Positions 8,874 through 18,942 of a stretch of DNA of 64,000 bases are shown here, one piece after another. Both the position numbers and the translations under genes were made by a program. This DNA comes from a virus (lineage: Duplodnaviria; Heunggongvirae; Uroviricota; Caudoviricetes), in IMG/VR virus record IMGVR_UViG_3300037418_003103, one strand, 5' to 3'. Under the pieces are notes generated by a model. It saw only the letters and a list, made by a program, of their open reading frames with translations. It was not told the origin of the DNA and did no database searches. Each line of letters opens with the position of its first letter. Position 1 is the stretch's first letter.

Positions 8874-10715
8874 TTGATAAACCTTGACGACATAAAAAAA
8901 AGAGCCGCAATAGGCCTTCTTGAAAATTATACAGGAATAAACCCATATATAAGGCAACTTAGGATTAATTTCATAGATAATAAGATTCCATTAACAGCTA
9001 ATCAGTTTAATTATGTTACAGATAATCATGACAAAGAGCCAATACTTATAAATAGAACGATATCTATCACCCCGTATCTGGGAGCTGAACTTCAAAAGAA
9101 AGAAGGACTTAAATTCTTGCCAGAAAAAATACTATTCGAATATATACTTGCTGAAACTGATAAAGCTTATCATGTTTATGGTAAGTTAAAAAGGAATCAA
9201 GAGAAATCTGGAATGTACTTTCTACCAAAAACTCAGATACTAGATGACCCTTATTATGAAAAAATATCTATAGATATAAACTTCGATAAATATAACTCTA
9301 TTCTCGCAAAATATGGCAAAAAGATATATAAATATCAGGAAGAAGGTGTTGAATTCATGCTTGCTAGGAAGGGATGTATCATGGGAGATCAGATGGGGAG
9401 TGGAAAAACACTTCAGTCAATAATCGCCGCTCTTGAAAGCGGAGCGGAACGAATTCTGGTTATTTGCCCTGCTAGCGTTAAGATAAATTGGGAGCGGGAG
9501 ATCAATGTTTTTTGCAAGGATACAGCAATAGTCGATAGCAAGAATTGGAAACAGGCTAAGTTTACAATTATCAACTTTGACATCTTAAAGAATTTTCATA
9601 CACTAGGAGATGGTAAGGAAGAATTAGAGTTGGACCCTAATTTTCATCTTAAAAGACAGCTTGTTGATGCGAAGTTTGATTTAATGATAGTAGATGAGGC
9701 CCACAATTTAAAAGAAAAATCATCCATTCGTGGTGCAATTGTTAGTGAACTTAGTCATAAATATGGCGTAGATAGGGTATGGCTATTAACTGGAACACCA
9801 GTGGCCAACAGACCCATGGACTTTTTCAATCTTTTAAAGATTATTAAATCACCAATAGCGGATAACTGGATGTATTTTACTAGAAGATACTGTGATGGTA
9901 AATCGTTCTTTAAAACACTTAAAAACAAAAAGAAGAAAAAGATCTGGCTTACTGGCGGCGCGTCAAATTTAGATGAACTTGCTTCAAAAACTAAAAATAT
10001 ACTTATTAGAAGGCTTAAAAAGGATATTCTTGAATTGCCTGAGAAGATTGTCTCAACAGTCTACCACAAATTATCTGATTCAGAAATGCTTGAATATAAT
10101 AATCTTTGGGAAGAGTACCTAGTTAATCGTAGAGAACAAAAGAAAAGAGGCCAGGTTGACAGGGATATGGTTGAACTGGGTATTCTTAGAAAATATATAG
10201 CGTTAAAAGCAATTCCTAAGACCATTGAAATGGTCGAGAGCGCACTAGAGGATGATAGAAAGGTAATTATATTTACGACGTTTACAGAGGAACTGGAAGT
10301 GTTGTATAATCACTTTGGTAAGATATGCGTTAAGCATAATGGTCCTATGACAGATAGAGCTAAACAAGCAAGTGTTGATAATTTCCAGAATGATCCTAAA
10401 ATAAAAGTATTTGTCGGGAATATAAAATCGGCAGGTGTTGGTATCACCCTTACTGAAGGAACCGTCACTATATTTAATTCCTTCTCATGGGTACCTGGTG
10501 ATAATGAACAGGGTGAGGATAGAAATAATAGGATTGGGCAGAAAAATGAAGTTAATGTGTACTACCAATTATTTATGGACACTGTATCTATGAGAGTTTG
10601 GAATACACTTAAGAATAAAAAGAAGGTTATTAACAAAATTATAGGCGATGATACTTCTGACGAGGAAGTAATGAACATAATTATGGATGAAATTTTAAAT
10701 GATGAAAACGGTTAA
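8874..10715 (+). CDS. SNF2-family helicase/annealing ATPase (SMARCAL1/HARP-like); probable TTG start 8874
   Basis: GDQMGSGKT Walker A, ICPASVKINW, DEAH, LTGTP, GVGITLT, QGEDRNNRIGQ. The track ATG at 8829 lies inside the promoter. Confidence 0.9.
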   Translation: MINLDDIKKRAAIGLLENYTGINPYIRQLRINFIDNKIPLTANQFNYVTDNHDKEPILINRTISITPYLGAELQKKEGLKFLPEKILFEYILAETDKAYHVYGKLKRNQEKSGMYFLPKTQILDDPYYEKISIDINFDKYNSILAKYGKKIYKYQEEGVEFMLARKGCIMGDQMGSGKTLQSIIAALESGAERILVICPASVKINWEREINVFCKDTAIVDSKNWKQAKFTIINFDILKNFHTLGDGKEELELDPNFHLKRQLVDAKFDLMIVDEAHNLKEKSSIRGAIVSELSHKYGVDRVWLLTGTPVANRPMDFFNLLKIIKSPIADNWMYFTRRYCDGKSFFKTLKNKKKKKIWLTGGASNLDELASKTKNILIRRLKKDILELPEKIVSTVYHKLSDSEMLEYNNLWEEYLVNRREQKKRGQVDRDMVELGILRKYIALKAIPKTIEMVESALEDDRKVIIFTTFTEELEVLYNHFGKICVKHNGPMTDRAKQASVDNFQNDPKIKVFVGNIKSAGVGITLTEGTVTIFNSFSWVPGDNEQGEDRNNRIGQKNEVNVYYQLFMDTVSMRVWNTLKNKKKVINKIIGDDTSDEEVMNIIMDEILNDENG

Positions 10716-10965
10716 GATATATACATACCCTAAGTGCCCTTACTGCACTCAATTAAAGGGCTTACTTACGGACGCAAAGATAGAATTCACTGATGTAAAT
10801 ATTGAATTGAGTGAAAACGAGTCCGAATTCAAAAAGATATCAGAAATATCAAAGTGCGACCAGGTTCCTATACTTATAGTCGGAACTCAGATTCTTATAC
10901 CTGATATATCATTCAGGAGTATACCAGAGGCTGCGGTTTTGACAATAAAATTATTAAAAGAGTAA
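10699..10965 (+). CDS. Glutaredoxin
   Basis: IYTYPKCPYC active site and QVP cis-Pro motif; 88 aa. Confidence 0.9.
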   Translation: MMKTVKIYTYPKCPYCTQLKGLLTDAKIEFTDVNIELSENESEFKKISEISKCDQVPILIVGTQILIPDISFRSIPEAAVLTIKLLKE

Positions 10966-10973
10966 ATAGCTAA

Positions 10974-10980
10974 TATTTAT
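10974..10980 (+). promoter_or_regulatory. Putative late promoter TATTTAT
   Basis: 15 nt upstream of the neck gene ATG. Confidence 0.6.
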
Positions 10981-10995
10981 AATTAAATAAATACC

Positions 10996-12144
10996 ATGGC
11001 CGTTAATACAGCAGATAAAGAAAGGATTTTTAGACAATTTAGGCACTCAGTTGGTTCACCACTGCGCGTAATAGAGGTAACGGATGATCAATTATGCACG
11101 CTACTAGAGATGTCAATTGAAGTTTACTCAGAGTATGTTCAAGAGTTCCTTATAGAGCATCAATGGCAGAGCATATATGGCCAAAATATAACTACTACTG
11201 ATATGGCCTTTGCAATGAGTGTAAGAACCACTGATTTTGTAAACCAATATACATATGCTTATTCTAAAAAAGTTGGTCTTCAGTCTAACGGACCATGGGA
11301 ATTAAAGAAGGATTTTATTAACATTGAAGCAGGGCGACAAGTATATACAATTCCTGCTGGAAGAGAAGTTAATGAAGTTCTTTGGATTACACCGCCAACA
11401 TCAAGTCAAGCGTTGTTTGCTAATTTAGGCGGAGGAGCAGATTATGGATTCGGTGGCGGTTTTGCTCAGACAGGTGCAGGCGGAATGGCAGGACAGGGCG
11501 GCGGTAACGGAAGAGGCGGTTATTATATAGCACCAGCATTTGATACGCTTTTAATGGCTGCTGACATGAATCTGAAAAACAGGCTTATTAGAAGTGATCT
11601 TGTTTATAAGTTAACGGCTGGCCCAGATGGTACTAGACTTCTTCACCTCCTATCAACGCCAGGTTCAGCATTTTCGTTTGGTGGTGGTATTGGCGGTGCA
11701 GGAAATAGCATTAACATGACTGGTTGTCAAGTATGGTATCATTACTATGATACCACGGCTGAAAATGTTGAAAAGTGTAGAAAGGATAACCCAGATATTA
11801 TTAAATTACCAAATGAAGTTCCGCTATCACAATTAGACTTTTCAGAATTTAATGACCCAACCAAGATACTCATAAGACAATTATTTGTTGCAGAAGCAAA
11901 GAAGGCTCTTGGTAGAACCAGAGGAAAATTTGGTGGAATAGTGGGTCCTGCTAATGCAGAACGAACGCTTGATTTTCAGTCTCTTCTTGATGAAGGTAAT
12001 AACGACTACAAGGCCGTTCTAGAAAGGCTTGATGCCAGGTTACTTAGACTATCTAGTACGCAACAGCTTGAAAGAGCTGCATTAGAAGCCGAACATATTA
12101 ATAATGCATTGAAATATAATCCATTAGGTTTTTACGTGAAATAA
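10996..12144 (+). CDS. Neck/head-tail adaptor protein (T4 gp13-like)
   Basis: N-terminal VGSPLRVIEVTDDQL and C-terminal AKKALGRTRGKF...LDFQSLLDEG follow the gp13 pattern; Gly-rich inserts. Confidence 0.7.
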   Translation: MAVNTADKERIFRQFRHSVGSPLRVIEVTDDQLCTLLEMSIEVYSEYVQEFLIEHQWQSIYGQNITTTDMAFAMSVRTTDFVNQYTYAYSKKVGLQSNGPWELKKDFINIEAGRQVYTIPAGREVNEVLWITPPTSSQALFANLGGGADYGFGGGFAQTGAGGMAGQGGGNGRGGYYIAPAFDTLLMAADMNLKNRLIRSDLVYKLTAGPDGTRLLHLLSTPGSAFSFGGGIGGAGNSINMTGCQVWYHYYDTTAENVEKCRKDNPDIIKLPNEVPLSQLDFSEFNDPTKILIRQLFVAEAKKALGRTRGKFGGIVGPANAERTLDFQSLLDEGNNDYKAVLERLDARLLRLSSTQQLERAALEAEHINNALKYNPLGFYVK

Positions 12145-12145
12145 G

Positions 12146-12176
12146 TTGCAATAAGATAAAAATAATAGTATTTTTA
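12146..12176 (+). promoter_or_regulatory. Putative early/host-type promoter TTGCAA-N17-TATTTTTA
   Basis: Upstream of the DNA polymerase; shared architecture. Confidence 0.55.
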
Positions 12177-12192
12177 TCAGAAATGTTATCTA

Positions 12193-15100
12193 ATGGTTTC
12201 ACCAGAACAAATTGAATCATTCTTACAGGGGACTGATCCGCAAAATTACATCGTGGCAATTGAAGCAATATACTTTGGTAAGCCAGAAGTGAGCGTAATT
12301 GTGAACGATCCAGAAACAGGCAAAAGAATTGAGACTCATCCATTTCATCCTTTTCTCTGGTTTAGAGAAGAGATAACCCAAGTGATGTATGGTGGTAAAA
12401 GACAAGCGATCATGGACGCTTGTCAAAAACATGGAATTAAGATAAAAAAACTTCGTACTCATGATGACACTGGTAACATTCCTGAAAGAATGGAAAACGG
12501 CTTTAAATTTATGGCCACCAGTAAAAAATCATATAATGATTTAATAAATTTTTTTAGAGAAGGTGGTATTGATATTCGTTCTGAAGACTTTAAACCATAT
12601 TTTGTAATTTTTTCTCCTGTAGAACAATACATGATTCAATCAGGGAAAAGACTTTTTAAAGGAATTGAAGATTACGACAAGGTTCATCGTCTTCAATTTG
12701 ATATTGAAACAGAAGGTTTGGTCCCCTCTAAGGACCCAATATTTCAGATTGGAATAAGGGATAATAGAGGTTTTGAACAAATACTTGAAACCAAGGGTAA
12801 TACACCTCAGGAGTTACGTGATTCAGAACGAGAAAATATAGCTATTTTTTTTAAAATAATAGATATCCTTAGACCAGATATTATAAGCGGATATAACTCT
12901 GAAAGTTTTGATTGGACATTCTTTGTTAAACGTTGCGAACGTCTAAACATTCCAATAGAGGATATTGCAATAACTCTTGATCCTTACGTTAAGATCAAGA
13001 GAAAAGATTCCATGATTAAATTCGGCGGAGAAGTGGAGAATTATCAGCAAACAAATATGTTTGGCTATAATATAATTGATATATCTCATAGTGTTCGCAG
13101 GGCAATGGCTATAAATTCTAATATTCAGAGTTGGTCATTGAAATACGTTACCAAATATTCAGAAATAGCTAAACCGAACAGGGTTTACGTTCCTGGCGGT
13201 AAAATAAATACAACCTGGGCTGATACTGTTAATAAGTATGCTTTTAATGACAAAAATGGCCAGTGGTATATTATCTCAGAAACTAAACCATTAAAAGAAG
13301 GTTTTGAAGAAGTAACAGGTGCTTTTATAGTTCAAAGGTACTTGCTAGATGACTTATGGGAAACAGAAAAAGTAGATACTATATTCAATCAAGCTACTTT
13401 TCTTATAGCCAAGATGCTTCCAACTTCCTACCAAAGAAGTTCTACAATGGGGACAGCCAGCCAATGGAAATTAATCATGGCCGCATGGTCATATGAGAAT
13501 GAATTAGCAATACCTTTAACGCAAGAAAGAAGAGACTTCACAGGTGGTTTATCTAGATTGCTTCAAGTTGGCTATGCCAAGAATGTTGTTAAATTAGACT
13601 ACGCGGCACTTTATCCTAAAACAGAATTAACACATGATATATTCCCAGAATTGGATATTACAGGGGTTATGAAGGGATTATTGACATATGTAGTGGATAC
13701 CCGTGATAAATTTAAATTCCTTACTGAAGAAACCAAAGGATTAGTTAAGGATCTTGAAAAGAAAATAAAATTAGGTAAAACTCAGGAATTGGTCGATGAA
13801 TTATTAGATAAAAAAGCTCTTGTTGGCCTGTATGATAAGAAACAACTTCCATTAAAAATTCTTGCAAATTCGTGGTTCGGCTCCTATGGTGCGTCATATA
13901 TTTTTAACTGGGGAGACGTGGATTGCGCAGAGGAAACAACATGCTGTGGAAGGATGTATTTGAGATTAATGGTTAAGTTTTTTTGTGATAGGTATGGATA
14001 TAAACCGCTGGTACTAGACACCGATGGTGTAAACTTCAAAGTACCAGATGGGATTGACTCTATTAAGTATACGCCAAACGGTTCACACTGGAAAACAATA
14101 AAAAATAAGGGCATAGAATTGAGTGGAACTGAGGCAGTTCTTGCTGAATTCAATGAAACTTACCTGAGAGGTAGAATGGGGCTTGACATAGATGATATAC
14201 TAGATTCTACTATTAATTTTTCAAGAAAAAATTATGCTAATTCATTAGGAACTAAGGTTAAACTGGTTGGTAACTCAATCAAAAGTAAAAAAATGCCCAC
14301 GTATATAGAAGAATTTTTAAATAAGGGTATTAGGATGCTTTTGGATGGTAAGGGGTTCGAATTTATAGAGGCCTATTATGAATATGTCAATAAAATTTAC
14401 AATTATAAGATACCTCTAGTAAAGATTGCTTCTAAAGCGAAGGTTAAGACAACACTTGCTGAATATAAAAAGAAGGGCAAGCAAAAAAATAAAGCTGGTA
14501 ATCCTATGCCTAAGCAGGCACACATGGAATTGGCCATAAGAGAAAATTTAGACGTAAATTTAGGTGATGTAATATATTATGTTAACGTGGGTACATCAAA
14601 GAGCCATGGTGATATTAAAACAGTTAAAGATAAAAAAACTGGTGTCACTAGCATGGAAATGAACTGTAAACTTATAAGTACTGAAATGGTAGAATCTGAT
14701 TCTGATGCCATGAAGGAATTGGAGGTGCTCAAAAAATCACTAAACGATGAACTAGATGAGGCTGTTAAAAATGAAGTAGAAAATAGAATTAAGGAAATTG
14801 AAACTAATCTTTCAACTGATGAGTATAACGTTGCTAAATATATTCATAATTTTAATAAAAAAATAGAACCACTGCTAGTTTGTTTTAAAAAGGAAATTAG
14901 AAAAAAAATACTTATTGAAATAGAAAAAGAAAAAAAGACAAAAATTCTTAAATTGGCTCAAAGAAGTGTGTTTACTCACGAACAATGTGTTTTATCAAGT
15001 GGAGAACCAGATGAGGATGCAGACCAGGATACTTATGAGGAGTTGATGACTATGGAAGACAAAGAGATTAAGTTTTGGCTTAGGGTTGAAAGAGTTCCTA

Positions 15101-15684
15101 TTACTATGAATGCGACGGAATGGAAAGAAATTAAGGAAGATTATTTTGTAAGGATGGAACGTCAGAAGGCTGAAGGCTTATTGAATGAGAAATATCTACT
15201 TAATGAAGCAATAAAACGTCTTGAAGCAAATGAAATTACTGACATAAAGACAAAAGGTTTGTTACCAGTTAGCATATTTAAGATTGCTGACATTGATCCA
15301 AGCGGCCAACCATTTCTTATCTCCCGTAAATGGTCTGAAAAGCTTTGTCAGGTTGATCAATTATTTTTATATGAGAACGAAGCCATTAATAGAGATAAAT
15401 TCTATATGGAAAATAATTGTAGAGACAATGAAAAAAGATACGATATGTGGCTTTCTCACAAGATGGAAGAAATAGTTCTTACGGGAGAAACAACACACTA
15501 TACCATTAAGCCTGAAAATGACTTTTTAGAACTAACTAAACTAATTAGTGAAGCTAACGCCAATAATAAAGTCGAAGAGCCAATAGAAATTAATGCGATA
15601 ACGGAAAATGTAGAAACAGAGGATGACGATTATGAAGAACAGTCAGTAATCACTTCTATTGAAGATGACGAATGGAATTTTTAG
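12193..15684 (+). CDS. Family B DNA polymerase with 3'-5' exonuclease
   Basis: ExoI FDIET, ExoII GYNSESFDW, motif A LDYAALYP, motif B KILANSWFG, motif C LDTDG. Confidence 0.95.
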   Translation: MVSPEQIESFLQGTDPQNYIVAIEAIYFGKPEVSVIVNDPETGKRIETHPFHPFLWFREEITQVMYGGKRQAIMDACQKHGIKIKKLRTHDDTGNIPERMENGFKFMATSKKSYNDLINFFREGGIDIRSEDFKPYFVIFSPVEQYMIQSGKRLFKGIEDYDKVHRLQFDIETEGLVPSKDPIFQIGIRDNRGFEQILETKGNTPQELRDSERENIAIFFKIIDILRPDIISGYNSESFDWTFFVKRCERLNIPIEDIAITLDPYVKIKRKDSMIKFGGEVENYQQTNMFGYNIIDISHSVRRAMAINSNIQSWSLKYVTKYSEIAKPNRVYVPGGKINTTWADTVNKYAFNDKNGQWYIISETKPLKEGFEEVTGAFIVQRYLLDDLWETEKVDTIFNQATFLIAKMLPTSYQRSSTMGTASQWKLIMAAWSYENELAIPLTQERRDFTGGLSRLLQVGYAKNVVKLDYAALYPKTELTHDIFPELDITGVMKGLLTYVVDTRDKFKFLTEETKGLVKDLEKKIKLGKTQELVDELLDKKALVGLYDKKQLPLKILANSWFGSYGASYIFNWGDVDCAEETTCCGRMYLRLMVKFFCDRYGYKPLVLDTDGVNFKVPDGIDSIKYTPNGSHWKTIKNKGIELSGTEAVLAEFNETYLRGRMGLDIDDILDSTINFSRKNYANSLGTKVKLVGNSIKSKKMPTYIEEFLNKGIRMLLDGKGFEFIEAYYEYVNKIYNYKIPLVKIASKAKVKTTLAEYKKKGKQKNKAGNPMPKQAHMELAIRENLDVNLGDVIYYVNVGTSKSHGDIKTVKDKKTGVTSMEMNCKLISTEMVESDSDAMKELEVLKKSLNDELDEAVKNEVENRIKEIETNLSTDEYNVAKYIHNFNKKIEPLLVCFKKEIRKKILIEIEKEKKTKILKLAQRSVFTHEQCVLSSGEPDEDADQDTYEELMTMEDKEIKFWLRVERVPITMNATEWKEIKEDYFVRMERQKAEGLLNEKYLLNEAIKRLEANEITDIKTKGLLPVSIFKIADIDPSGQPFLISRKWSEKLCQVDQLFLYENEAINRDKFYMENNCRDNEKRYDMWLSHKMEEIVLTGETTHYTIKPENDFLELTKLISEANANNKVEEPIEINAITENVETEDDDYEEQSVITSIEDDEWNF

Positions 15685-15746
15685 TAATGTGACTTAAATT
15701 ATACTGTTTATTATTAATTAAATATTATTTTTGTAAAAAAAAAATA

Positions 15747-16052
15747 ATGGATAAGAATATAACACTCGAAGAATTTTTAGAAAAACACGAACTGTTCCAA
15801 GCCGCTTTGGTAGAGGCTGTACATAGATATTATTTCGACAATTGCTTCTCTAATAAGGATGGTAAATTATTGTGCGATGAAAATTCAAGAAAGATAGGCA
15901 ATCTTTATAAAACACTTTCGCATAAAACGCCATCATGGCGGTACATCCTTAAACAAAAAATTAAAAGATATACAGGTGATTATAGACCAGTAACTATTCT
16001 ACACTCTGACTTAGAGTCACCAGTAGATTTAGAAGTTAAAATTAATTTTTAA
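15747..16052 (+). CDS. Hypothetical protein
   Basis: 101-aa ORF filling the gap, with an A-rich initiation region. Confidence 0.6.
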   Translation: MDKNITLEEFLEKHELFQAALVEAVHRYYFDNCFSNKDGKLLCDENSRKIGNLYKTLSHKTPSWRYILKQKIKRYTGDYRPVTILHSDLESPVDLEVKINF

Positions 16053-16059
16053 ATTATTA

Positions 16060-16431
16060 TTATAATTTTATACTTCCGTTATTTATGTTTATAAATAATT
16101 CTTCTTTTATAGGTACTATTAAAGTTCCGCTGCCGTCCAAGAAAGTTATTTCAAATACACCCACATATTTACCAGGAACACTTGTTTCTTTACTTGTAAA
16201 TTGATATGTTAAATAAAACTCTTCACCAGCACATGAAATTGGTTCTACTTCGGTTAAATAAGCCTTCTTTCTACCTATTTTAGTTACTCCTGTATCTACG
16301 CTATACATAGAGAAAAAAATGTCGGCATTTTGAACAAGTTCATAAAATTTCTTAAAATCGTTTCTACCGTCTTTAATCAGTTCCATCATAAGGAGTGGAA
16401 GCGTTGAATTTTTATTTATAGTAAACTCCAT
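16060..16431 (-). CDS. BppU-like Ig-fold structural protein
   Basis: FTINKNSTLP...YQFTSKETSVPGKYVGVFEITF pattern; TATTTAT at 16436-16442. Confidence 0.55.
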   Translation of the reverse strand: MEFTINKNSTLPLLMMELIKDGRNDFKKFYELVQNADIFFSMYSVDTGVTKIGRKKAYLTEVEPISCAGEEFYLTYQFTSKETSVPGKYVGVFEITFLDGSGTLIVPIKEELFININNGSIKL

Positions 16432-16435
16432 GCTT

Positions 16436-16442
16436 ATAAATA
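16436..16442 (-). promoter_or_regulatory. Putative late promoter TATTTAT (near-leaderless)
   Basis: Only 4 nt from the ATG. Confidence 0.55.
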
Positions 16443-16527
16443 TATTATTTTATGCATTTCTATGATATTGGTTTTTTAAATAGCATGAATTAATAAATAA
16501 TTATTTAAAAAACTATAAATAATAAAC

Positions 16528-16534
16528 TATTTAT
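16528..16534 (+). promoter_or_regulatory. Putative late promoter TATTTAT
   Basis: 13 nt upstream of ATG 16548. Confidence 0.55.
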
Positions 16535-16547
16535 AATAAAGATATTC

Positions 16548-16937
16548 ATGAAACAAAAAATAATAAATATATTACTTATAACTTCTGGTATTTTAGCAGT
16601 AATTCAGGGTTTTCTACCAATGATGCCTATTCCTAAACCAGATATTGTTACTGTAAGTGCAATTTTGATGTTTCTTGTAAGCACTACTACTATATGGAAG
16701 GAAACACTCTTACAAATAGTTGATAAAACCAAGATGTACAGTGCTATTTCTCTTGCAATTTTAGCAACAATAGGCGGCATTAATCATTTAATGGATAAAG
16801 TGCACATTCCTGACAATGTAGGCCAATGGATTCGTTTTGGGATTACAGCAGTTACTGCAGGACTTAATTCTGGAAGTATTAAGGCAATATTTTTTCCTGA
16901 TGATTCGTCAATAGAAAAAACTCCCGTAAATCAATAG
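16548..16937 (+). CDS. Multi-pass membrane protein (holin candidate)
   Basis: 3-4 hydrophobic segments in 129 aa, polar C-terminal tail, late-type promoter. Confidence 0.45.
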   Translation: MKQKIINILLITSGILAVIQGFLPMMPIPKPDIVTVSAILMFLVSTTTIWKETLLQIVDKTKMYSAISLAILATIGGINHLMDKVHIPDNVGQWIRFGITAVTAGLNSGSIKAIFFPDDSSIEKTPVNQ

Positions 16938-16946
16938 GGAGTTTTT
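16916..16946. terminator. Bidirectional intrinsic terminator
   Basis: AAAAACTCCC-N11-GGGAGTTTTT between convergent genes. Confidence 0.7.
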
Positions 16947-16963
16947 AAATAAATATTTTTTGC

Positions 16964-17176
16964 TTATATATCTTTCTTTTTCCTTAACCTTTGTTTGTAA
17001 ACTGTAAAGTAGCCAAATACTAGAGCTATAGCTAACGAGATAAAAGCTAACCAAATATGATAAGTTTGAAAGAAATTATTGTGGCCGTAAGCGTTTTTTG
17101 TTATTATAAACATAATAAATGATATAGCCAAAAAAAAGGACGTAATCCTAAAACCTAAAACCATTGAAATTTTCAT
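16964..17176 (-). CDS. Small two-TM membrane protein with basic C-terminus
   Basis: Two hydrophobic helices and a KQRLRKKKDI tail; TATTTAT at 17197-17203. Confidence 0.55.
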   Translation of the reverse strand: MKISMVLGFRITSFFLAISFIMFIITKNAYGHNNFFQTYHIWLAFISLAIALVFGYFTVYKQRLRKKKDI

Positions 17177-17218
17177 AATTTAATATTTTTATAATAATAA
17201 ATATGTGTTAGTTTCACT

Positions 17219-18820
17219 TTAGGCATATCTATTTTTTGTATCCTCATAAAGCTGTTTAATCTGAACGTAGTTTAGGTCACAATTATATAAATTAAATTGA
17301 GAGATGCCGCCCACAAAACTACCCGCAAAATTTTTTTCTATGGGTAGTCCAAGATCACTTGTGTCTGGGCCGTTAAAGGTCTGTGTTTCTATCAAACCTT
17401 GTGAACCGCCTCCGATGCTAATATTAAACGGAACGCCAACTTGTTTTGATTTATACTCTTCTAGACGTCTCGCAATAAATTCATTAAAGTCGTTTACCAC
17501 GAATACAAGCCTCCCGTCAACATAAAATGATAAAGATCCCTTACGAGGCTTAGCGGTTTCTAATTCACAATCATCCAAATATCCATTTGCTGAGTATCTA
17601 ACAGTGATGTAAGTCCATTTATCATCAGCTATAATACTATCCTTTGAATAAGCTTCTTCAATGGTTAAACCAGAAGTATAAACATCTCCTGAGCAACTGC
17701 CTGTTACACTTAAAAGTCTGTATCCAATACTTCCATCATCTTTAATTCTAAAACCAATGGCATTGTCTATAATATCCAAATTATAATCAATGCGCTCTTC
17801 TAACGAAGTAAATCCGCTGAAGCTGCACGCTGTTTCGGTGCCAAAGCCGTCATGGTTACCACCACAGGTGAGACAATTTCCTTCTCCGCTACCTTTAGCT
17901 CTGCCATAAATAAGAAATGGATTGTTTTTATTAGTAACTACATCTTTAAATTTAGTCACAACAACACCCTTTCCATCGTACGTACAAACTGTTTTGGTCC
18001 CCAATCCATCATCATTCCCACCGCAGCTCATACAATCACCGCTACCATTTTTAGCTCTACCATAAATAAGAAATGTGTTCATTATTAAGTCAATTTCAAC
18101 CCTTGGTGGATTTAAAGGTATAACGATGCCGTCATAATCACTTGCTACAGAAATATTTGTTTCGCCAGAAAACTTATTCCAAAATTTGTTTTCAGCCCTA
18201 GTACCCATATAGAAAAATAGCCCTCTATTATCGGGATATAAATCATTAAGTGTGTTACCGCTGGTATATGCACTCTTTTTAATCCACATGCTCATAGTCC
18301 ATCCATGGTTCATTCTATTCGGTAAAACCTGGTAAGATGAGCCATCTATTTTGTAATAACCTTGATAGAAGCCACCATTTAAATTAATATAGTTTCCAAT
18401 GGTTGAAGCTGTTGAAACCAAATTCATTCCGTAGGAAATAGAGCTGCTACCTGATACACCATTTAAATATAGCTGTGTATCACCAGATGGGATTACTAAT
18501 GTAGATCCTGTTAAAACATCAGTTACTACATCAATAGTTGAATCGAAAGGAATTAGTCCGTTATCAATTCCAGTGAGACCTATCGTATCAAACGTATAAC
18601 CAGTATTGATTGACCCAAGCCAGGAGGATAGGCTTTTTATTTTTTTTATCTCTGAGTTGACAAAAATATTTGAATTATTAAAATCAAATGAAGCGGTTAA
18701 ACAAGAATCGTTTACATCAGTATCAGCATAATTATCAGACACTAAATAAAAGTCCCAGTTTTTTGAATCTGACACATTTAAATCAAATTTATTAAATATA
18801 TAATTTTTTATATTACTCAT
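17219..18820 (-). CDS. LamG/concanavalin-like structural protein
   Basis: WTMSMWIK, KWTYITV, LSFYVDG, FVGGISQFNLYNCDL..QIKQLY LamG pattern. Confidence 0.65.
   Translation of the reverse strand: MSNIKNYIFNKFDLNVSDSKNWDFYLVSDNYADTDVNDSCLTASFDFNNSNIFVNSEIKKIKSLSSWLGSINTGYTFDTIGLTGIDNGLIPFDSTIDVVTDVLTGSTLVIPSGDTQLYLNGVSGSSSISYGMNLVSTASTIGNYINLNGGFYQGYYKIDGSSYQVLPNRMNHGWTMSMWIKKSAYTSGNTLNDLYPDNRGLFFYMGTRAENKFWNKFSGETNISVASDYDGIVIPLNPPRVEIDLIMNTFLIYGRAKNGSGDCMSCGGNDDGLGTKTVCTYDGKGVVVTKFKDVVTNKNNPFLIYGRAKGSGEGNCLTCGGNHDGFGTETACSFSGFTSLEERIDYNLDIIDNAIGFRIKDDGSIGYRLLSVTGSCSGDVYTSGLTIEEAYSKDSIIADDKWTYITVRYSANGYLDDCELETAKPRKGSLSFYVDGRLVFVVNDFNEFIARRLEEYKSKQVGVPFNISIGGGSQGLIETQTFNGPDTSDLGLPIEKNFAGSFVGGISQFNLYNCDLNYVQIKQLYEDTKNRYA
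17825..18073 (-). repeat. Two-copy Cys-rich peptide repeat inside the LamG-like gene
   Basis: FLIYGRAKNGSGDCMSCGGNDDGLGTKTVC and FLIYGRAKGSGEGNCLTCGGNHDGFGTETAC; the DNA also shares tttagctctRccataaataagaaatg. Confidence 0.85.
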
Positions 18821-18942
18821 TGATTAGTTACTTTTAATTAATAGTATGATGCTCTTATTGTGACAACTGAAACTATTTATTTATAATTCATTTAATATAA
18901 TAACAGTAAAAATACCTGCTATTAATATTATTTTTTATATCT

